DNA of 64,000 nucleotides from an uncultured Thiomicrospira sp. (GTDB lineage Bacteria; Pseudomonadota; Gammaproteobacteria; CAKMZV01): NCBI GenBank assembly GCA_965195345.1, contig OZ239628.1, positions 1,856,694 to 1,920,693 of the forward strand, read 5' to 3'. Shown piece by piece: positions 57,477 to 64,000 of this stretch (position 1 is its first letter; each line of letters starts with the position of its first letter). The notes under the pieces were generated by a model. It saw only the letters and a program-made list of their open reading frames with translations, ran no database searches and was not told where the DNA came from. The position numbers and the translations under genes were made by a program.

Positions 57477-57944
57477 TCAAAATATAGTGATTCCATCGAA
57501 AGCAGGGAGTTGTATGCCACTCTCACCCCTAAAAGTTGGAAGGCATGTATTAACTCTCAAAAGCACACGGCTTTTACTCGCATTGGCAGATAAAATCGTT
57601 GCAAAAAGGAGATCGCGTTGGGAGTCTTCCATGTATCTAAATAATACATATTCATAAAGTCCATCGCCATTTTCTCTCGATTCACAATAACGGGCTTGGG
57701 ACCCGTATCCGTCATCCTTAAGGCTACCACTTCCTTGATATGGTTTGGCAACGTCATATCGAGTGTGTGCATTTGGTATTGTATGGATTCGTCCTAGTGA
57801 TTTCAATAAAACGGTAACTTCCCTATTCTCCTTTCTTAGTTCAAATCCAACTATTTCCCCATAAACATGATGCAACGCCGATGCAGGAAAGACAGCTACC
57901 AACCCTATAACCGCTAATAGTGCAATGATATATTTATTTTTCAT
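57477..57944 (-). CDS. Secreted hypothetical protein, possible AB5 B-subunit-like OB fold
   Basis: Signal peptide ending PASA; GGAG RBS; two Cys; LFATILSANASKSRVLLRVNTC segment. Confidence 0.75.
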   Translation of the reverse strand: MKNKYIIALLAVIGLVAVFPASALHHVYGEIVGFELRKENREVTVLLKSLGRIHTIPNAHTRYDVAKPYQGSGSLKDDGYGSQARYCESRENGDGLYEYVLFRYMEDSQRDLLFATILSANASKSRVLLRVNTCLPTFRGESGIQLPAFDGITIF

Positions 57945-58157
57945 AAGACACGCTCCGTATTATTTTTACAAAATTCAATTCGAAATTGTTCAATTCTTAA
58001 ATCTTCCTTACGTTCTTTTACTTCCACTAAAGAACTAAAGTATGTTCAGCTATGCACTAACTATATTAGATATTTTAAAATGTCACAAATAAAACAAAAT
58101 CTCAAAATTTGACCTCCTATGCCTGCTTCTTATACTATTTCTTTGAATACATTTCAG

Positions 58158-61100
58158 CTATTGAATTTTCGTTTTCTTGCTGGAGGTCTTAACAAATGTA
58201 ATTATTTCAGGTTGAAAAATTTTTGGCTCAGCAAAGTACACTATGATGTCTTGATTACCTTTCAATTCTGCTGCGTCAACATACGTAATCGAATCTCGGC
58301 TTACATTCAGTTTGAACCTAATCGCTCCGTTTTCATCGCTCACTTTATTGTTTCTATAGTCTAATATTTTTATAATATTCTCTCTATAAGGATGGGTCTC
58401 AACAAAGCGTGTATTGTTTTGGCCTGCTCCTAACCTAACAAGAGCAGATCCCATACCATCTAAAATGAGTAAAGCATCGTTCCTAATAGGATCTGCGAAA
58501 GAAAATTCAACTTCGTAAACACCTTTATTCAAATCAAAACGATTGGTTAGTTCATCATAATATCCATTAGCATTTTGCTTTTTAAAAGTAATCGATGACG
58601 GATTTACAAAAATCGAAAAATCATCTATCTTATGTCTCCCTGAAAATAAAATTTCACCATTTTCACGCACTAACTGCCAACCTTTAGGTATGAAAATATC
58701 AGCCGATTTACTAAGCATTCTTCCAGCAATCATCGTTCCGCTTTGGTGCTCTATAGCAAAGTTGGAGCCATTGAGAATAAATGGCAGATTAGCGTTGACA
58801 TCCTCAAAACTATGCACTTGAATATTATCAATCCCAGAATGGGTTTGATATGTCATAGTCGCGACTCTCAGTCCACCGGACTTTAATAAATCAACCTGCT
58901 TAGATTCTTGAGGTGAGAGGCTTGGAATTAAAAGTGTCTGACCCGTGTTAGTTCGTAACTCCAAATTGTTAAGAGAGTATCGACGTTTATTTTGAATTGA
59001 TAATGTCACGGTATTACTTGCAAAAACGTTATCATTCTGAATAGCTATCTGAATATCATGAAAAATATCTTCAACTGTTTTTAAAATAAATTTTGGTTTA
59101 TTGTCGTTGCTCCAAATCCCTCTGTTATCATCTGGATGTTCAGCTTCAAAAGGATTGTTGTAACCGACTGGAACAGGTTGCGCCCAATTATCATGGGATT
59201 GAAAAATAATTCCTCCCAATGCCCTAACATTTAGAAGGTTTTGCCAGTAAGACTTTAATCGCACTACTCTCAGCAACGGGTCTGTTTTCTCATGAAAAGC
59301 CTCGAATCCACCAAGCTCGGATGCTATGAAAGGTTTTTCTAAGCCTTGCAATAAAAGTGGAACATTATTCCAGTAGGTCGTGCCTGTATCAAGCATATTG
59401 ACTCCTAAAACATCAACTGGATAATTTATGTAAGTCAGATATGAAGAATACATGGAAATAAAACCCTTCTCTTCCTTGTTAATTTCTTCCATCAACGAGA
59501 TAAGGCGTGGAATAACTTTTTGGCGGTTTAAAATTTCTAGTTCATTGCCCACATTAAATATTAGTGACCATGGATTATCTTGATACCTACCCACTAAGTC
59601 CTTATAGCGACCTAACAGACCCTGCCCTCGAGATAACGATTCAATATCAGAGGACTCCCAATTTGATTCAAATGGTTGGGGAATAAAAAGCATTCTTGTT
59701 TGTTCGCTTGCATTTATTACTTCAGACCAAGGAGGGTTGTACACTCTTACTAAATTAACACCTGCTTTTTTAAGTTGCCGAAAGACTTCCAAAGTTGATC
59801 TTTTGGACTTATGCTCAAATGAAGAAAATACAATTCCTTTAAGCAAGAAAATCTCTTCATTGATAAAAAGCTGATTACCTTGAATTTCTTTGTGTGTATT
59901 GTTGAAGGTGAATTTCTTATTGCAGTTATCTGTAGTTAAAATCGCCTCGAATACGTCAAAACCCATTGGAAATTGTACGGTATGGCTGTAATCACCAAAC
60001 GAATTAACATCTATGTTATATTTTTGATTGTTAACCTTCAACGTAATTTGAGGGGAATATCTGATATTGTCAATTAATCTCCCCCAAAAAGTAACCTCGA
60101 TTTGATTATTTTTCGCTGTTTTAGTAAATTGAGCATTCCATTCAGGTGCTTTTGGTTTAACCAATTTAAAAATATTATTAACAATCGAATTTTCGGGTTT
60201 TTGGCAAGTATTACGAAAATCCAAATTGAATAAAAACCAACTAAGCATAGGGAAAAAAATCAATGCAACCATCTGCCTTTTAGAAAGGTTTTTAACCCAC
60301 CATCCGCGGTACTCTTCTTTTGATCTTTCTATTCTCCTCCACTGTTTATCACCCAGTAAATAATCAAAAAAACCGAGATTTATAGCGTATATATCCGTGA
60401 CAATCATCAACGGATATGAAAAAATAATGGTTAGAACCTGCTTGAAATTAAATATTCTTATGCGACGAAACGCAATTAGTAAGACGGCTAAAGGTATAAA
60501 TAAAACCCAGGTTTGTATATCTTTAAACCATGTGCTAACGTACGGAAAACTGATGATAGAATGATAGAATCGCCACTCCAAAAGTTTAGCAGTAAACAAC
60601 GTTCCTACTGTAATTATTGGCATCACCCAAGCGTATGTAATGAACAAATCACCTACATGAATTTTGCGTTTATTATTTATAAAATAGACTATCAGTATTG
60701 TCAACAATAATGTTATTGCAACACTTCCTCCTCGAACAGTTGTAGGCAACTGCCAAAAAATAAATAATTGATAAATGTTAATTAAAACTAACGCAAGAAC
60801 GGGCATGAAAAAGAATAAGCCATGAAATGCTATTGTTGCTTTAGAAAATATTTTCAATTGCTTGGAAGCTACAATTTTCAGAAAAAATGTGAAAAACGTT
60901 TTATTGTGTCCGTTTGACCATCTTCTACGCCGAGCAATGTAATCTTGGATGGTAGGAGGGGTGTCTTCCTCAGAACCCGTTTCAATGTTATAAGCAATTT
61001 TTTTGCCATCCAATAGTAACTGATACGACAAATAGGTATCTTCAGTTATGCAGTCAGAAAATTGGAATTTTTTAAACACCTCAGCATTAAAAACAGCAGT

Positions 61101-61766
61101 TGTTCCTGTAAAAAAGGCCGACTGCTTAAATCCATCAAGGCCTATATTAAAAAATTCATTGCCTGCATGATTTTGCGAGCTGTCCCAAAGTTGAAAAAAA
61201 TTCAATGCTGCTTTAGGAGTGCGCCGACTCTGCACACCTACTATATTTTTTGGACTGTTTTTTAATGTAACTACACTGTGCGCCAGCCATTTTTCAGAGG
61301 CGATGTGATCAGCATCCAATATACCTATATAATGAGATGAAGATTGAGAAATATGAGCATTTAATTTTTGGGTTTTAGATTGCTTGTTCGTAAACAAAAC
61401 TTTAAGACTTAAATTGTTTGACAATGAAATATTGTCTAAATCCATGCCATACTTTTCTTGCAGGAATGTTACGGAAGAATCATGCCTATCATTAAGAAGA
61501 ACGAATAAGTTTTTCTTACCTTTGTATGTCTGACTTTCAATTGATTTTATTGTCTTTAGTAGCCCTTCCCCTTCATCAAAAGAGGCAACAAATACGTCAA
61601 TAGAGGCTGACACGTCAACAATAGTCTGGTATTCTTTCTTTAAAGAATATGGTGACTTTGCTGTTTTAAAATAATTCGTTATAGCAAATGTGAGTAGACA
61701 TAGCCCATAAGCCACAATAACTGCTACTATAACAAACGTTAGTAGTAATAAAAATTGAAAAATCAT
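58158..61766 (-). CDS. Membrane processive GT2 glycosyltransferase fused to a clan GH-A (GH2-like) TIM-barrel glycoside hydrolase domain
   Basis: DADH, FTGTTA, TED, RRRRW, TM block; then LKGI...GVNLVRVY...VGNELE and FIASELG. Confidence 0.82.
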   Translation of the reverse strand: MIFQFLLLLTFVIVAVIVAYGLCLLTFAITNYFKTAKSPYSLKKEYQTIVDVSASIDVFVASFDEGEGLLKTIKSIESQTYKGKKNLFVLLNDRHDSSVTFLQEKYGMDLDNISLSNNLSLKVLFTNKQSKTQKLNAHISQSSSHYIGILDADHIASEKWLAHSVVTLKNSPKNIVGVQSRRTPKAALNFFQLWDSSQNHAGNEFFNIGLDGFKQSAFFTGTTAVFNAEVFKKFQFSDCITEDTYLSYQLLLDGKKIAYNIETGSEEDTPPTIQDYIARRRRWSNGHNKTFFTFFLKIVASKQLKIFSKATIAFHGLFFFMPVLALVLINIYQLFIFWQLPTTVRGGSVAITLLLTILIVYFINNKRKIHVGDLFITYAWVMPIITVGTLFTAKLLEWRFYHSIISFPYVSTWFKDIQTWVLFIPLAVLLIAFRRIRIFNFKQVLTIIFSYPLMIVTDIYAINLGFFDYLLGDKQWRRIERSKEEYRGWWVKNLSKRQMVALIFFPMLSWFLFNLDFRNTCQKPENSIVNNIFKLVKPKAPEWNAQFTKTAKNNQIEVTFWGRLIDNIRYSPQITLKVNNQKYNIDVNSFGDYSHTVQFPMGFDVFEAILTTDNCNKKFTFNNTHKEIQGNQLFINEEIFLLKGIVFSSFEHKSKRSTLEVFRQLKKAGVNLVRVYNPPWSEVINASEQTRMLFIPQPFESNWESSDIESLSRGQGLLGRYKDLVGRYQDNPWSLIFNVGNELEILNRQKVIPRLISLMEEINKEEKGFISMYSSYLTYINYPVDVLGVNMLDTGTTYWNNVPLLLQGLEKPFIASELGGFEAFHEKTDPLLRVVRLKSYWQNLLNVRALGGIIFQSHDNWAQPVPVGYNNPFEAEHPDDNRGIWSNDNKPKFILKTVEDIFHDIQIAIQNDNVFASNTVTLSIQNKRRYSLNNLELRTNTGQTLLIPSLSPQESKQVDLLKSGGLRVATMTYQTHSGIDNIQVHSFEDVNANLPFILNGSNFAIEHQSGTMIAGRMLSKSADIFIPKGWQLVRENGEILFSGRHKIDDFSIFVNPSSITFKKQNANGYYDELTNRFDLNKGVYEVEFSFADPIRNDALLILDGMGSALVRLGAGQNNTRFVETHPYRENIIKILDYRNNKVSDENGAIRFKLNVSRDSITYVDAAELKGNQDIIVYFAEPKIFQPEIITFVKTSSKKTKIQ

Positions 61767-62093
61767 TATGATTTTAAATTAAGAATGTTGTATAGCACAA
61801 CGTGCCCTTCATTCTAAGCGGAACACTTTAAAATAGACCACCTTTTGATTAAAAACAACTTTATTATTTAGAGAGAGTCGAAGATCGAAACATTGCAACG
61901 CGCATACACATTCTTTAAAATCTAAAATTTAGAGCCTCAATATTTGCATAATGATGATTCAAAAGTATCTCTTTCATATGAATTTGTGAAATCTGTTCAT
62001 TTTCTTGAATTAATCCACTTGGACTCAATACAAATGAGTAGACTATATTTTTAATTCAAGCCACGTCAAAACAATGAATCTATCTACAATCGA

Positions 62094-62903
62094 TTAGTTC
62101 AAATTTAACACATCTTGCATTGTGTACAAACCTGCTGGTTGGTTCGACAACCAAAATGCTGCTTGCACGGCACCCTTAGCAAAAGTCATACGCGAAGATG
62201 CTTTGTGTGTAATTTCTATGCGCTCGCCTTCAGTTGCAAAAATAACAGTGTGTTCGCCCACGACATCACCAGCTCTTAGTGTTTGGTATGCTATTTTATT
62301 CTTAGGACGCTCTCCTGTCTGCCCATGTCTGCTATAAATCGCTTGGTCGCCATCTTGTATATCCATAGCCTGAGCCAATACTTCTCCCATTTTTAAAGCA
62401 GTACCTGAAGGTGCGTCTACTTTATTCCTATGATGTGTTTCGATAATTTCAACATCATAATCTTTACCCATTAATGATCTACCTGAACGATTCAATAGGT
62501 CAAGTACCAGGTTTACCCCTATGCTCATATTGGGAGCAAATAATACAGGTATATCCTTACTCGCTTCAATAATCTTTTTCTTCTGATCAGCACTGAATCC
62601 TGTTGTTCCTATAACCATTCGCTTGTTTTGTGCAACACATACTTCCAAGTGTTTAAGAGTACTATCGATGGTTGAGAATTCGACAAGCACATCAAAATCC
62701 TTTATGCACTGCATCAAATCTGATTGCAAAATTATATCGTCCATTTCAAGAGACGCTAAAGAACTTATAGAGTGTTTTATCAAGGGATGTTCAGCATACT
62801 CTATCGCCGCACCCACATGCGTATCTGGATGGTTTGACACCGCTTCAAGTAAGGTTTTACCCATTCTACCGAGTGCTCCACTGATGGCGATTGAAGTTGT
62901 CAT
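62094..62903 (-). CDS. dapB: 4-hydroxy-tetrahydrodipicolinate reductase
   Basis: GALGRMG, GTTG, APNMSIG, ETHHRNKVDAPSGTA. Confidence 0.98.
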   Translation of the reverse strand: MTTSIAISGALGRMGKTLLEAVSNHPDTHVGAAIEYAEHPLIKHSISSLASLEMDDIILQSDLMQCIKDFDVLVEFSTIDSTLKHLEVCVAQNKRMVIGTTGFSADQKKKIIEASKDIPVLFAPNMSIGVNLVLDLLNRSGRSLMGKDYDVEIIETHHRNKVDAPSGTALKMGEVLAQAMDIQDGDQAIYSRHGQTGERPKNKIAYQTLRAGDVVGEHTVIFATEGERIEITHKASSRMTFAKGAVQAAFWLSNQPAGLYTMQDVLNLN

Positions 62904-62905
62904 TT

Positions 62906-64000
62906 TTAAACTCCGTCTCCTTTAAAACAAAAAAAATCTTTCACTGAATCAACCCATGATTTTTGCCTAGGACTGTGTTTATCGGAATCCAGACCCATAG
63001 ATTGTCCTAATTTATTTATCAATTCTCTTTGCTCTTCGCTTAGATTCACTGGTGTCTCAACAACAACTCTACAGTATAAATCTCCTTGAACTGCACGTTG
63101 AATCGATGTTATTCCTTTACCTCGCAGCCGAAAACTTTTGCCCGACTGAGTGCCTGCAGGAATTTTAAGCTTCAGCCTGCCTTCCAAAGTTGGCACAGAA
63201 AGTTCACCTCCTAATGCCGCGGTTACTATATCAATGGGAGCATCGCAATACAGGTCGTCACCATTTCTTTTAAATATCGGGTGTTGATTTATATGAACGC
63301 ATACATATAAATCCCCGTTAGGTGAACCACGTTCACCCATTTCACCTTTACCCACTAGACGAATGCGCCCATTATCGTCAATACCTGCTGGTATTTTAAT
63401 CGACAACGTTTTGTGTTTAGTTTCCGAACCAGTGCCTCCACACTTATTACATGGATCTTTAATAATTTTCCCCTGTCCTCTACAATGCGGGCAGGTTTGT
63501 TGAATGTTAATGAACCCTTGCTGAATTCGAACTTGTCCATTTCCGTTGCAAGTGGAGCACGTTTGTGGAGAACTGCCTTTTTTTGCACCACTGCCTGCAC
63601 AAGTGGAACAAACAATGGCTTCTGGCAGACGGATTTTTACTTCTTTGCCGTGAAATGCTTCTTCAAGACTCAAGTTCAAATCGTACTGTAAATCTGAACC
63701 ACGCTGCGGTCCACGTGTGCGTCGATTTTGCCCAAAGAAATCAGAAAATATATCTGAAAAAGCATCATCAAAATCACTGTAATTCTGAGAGCCTTGCCCC
63801 ATTGATGCGTTTACGCCATCATGGCCGAATTGATCGTAAGCTTGTCTTTTTTTATCATCAGAAAGAACATCATAGGCTTTTTGAGCTTCCTTGAACTGCT
63901 CTTGCGTATCCTTTCCTTTATTTCGGTCTGGATGAAGCTTCATTGCCTTTTTTCTGTACGCTTTTTTTATATCATCAGCAGAAGCACTGCGTGCAACACC
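62906..64000 (-). CDS. dnaJ: Chaperone DnaJ (5' end lies beyond the window)
   Basis: [16 protein letters not shown]-domain, four CxxCxGxG repeats; frame open to 64000. Confidence 0.98.
   Translation of the reverse strand, partial: GVARSASADDIKKAYRKKAMKLHPDRNKGKDTQEQFKEAQKAYDVLSDDKKRQAYDQFGHDGVNASMGQGSQNYSDFDDAFSDIFSDFFGQNRRTRGPQRGSDLQYDLNLSLEEAFHGKEVKIRLPEAIVCSTCAGSGAKKGSSPQTCSTCNGNGQVRIQQGFINIQQTCPHCRGQGKIIKDPCNKCGGTGSETKHKTLSIKIPAGIDDNGRIRLVGKGEMGERGSPNGDLYVCVHINQHPIFKRNGDDLYCDAPIDIVTAALGGELSVPTLEGRLKLKIPAGTQSGKSFRLRGKGITSIQRAVQGDLYCRVVVETPVNLSEEQRELINKLGQSMGLDSDKHSPRQKSWVDSVKDFFCFKGDGV

Overview
AT-rich gammaproteobacterial chromosome segment, probably from a marine lineage (inferred from ribosomal/RNAP proteins, TRAP transporter and ectoine hydrolase). 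1-28 kb holds mixed metabolic genes: a catabolic cluster (2OG-Fe(II)-like oxygenase, epimerase, FAH, two SDRs), a GT9, sufBCDS, an LLM monooxygenase and hydrolase, mdh, tgt, purC, a TRAP transporter, pepA, an orphan RND adaptor and an IS3 remnant. 29-54.7 kb is a rearranged core cluster on the minus strand: rpsJ..rplQ, then tRNA-Trp-secE-nusG-rplKAJL-rpoBC, with no tuf, rpsL-rpsG-fusA or rpmJ. 54.8-62 kb is an accessory stretch (doeA, two secreted unknowns, a 1202-aa GT2-glycoside hydrolase fusion), followed by dapB and dnaJ. Most notable: (i) RNAP beta' has lost all four Cys of its second Zn site; (ii) a possible AB5-like pair (Shiga-B-like OB-fold protein plus a secreted partner with a hydrophobic C-terminal tail); (iii) the GT2/GH-A fusion with RRRRW in place of QxxRW; (iv) an MDH with a 6-residue insertion in the specificity loop; (v) PepA with an added HTH-like C-terminal domain. 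All family assignments come from motif recognition by eye; no database searches were run.
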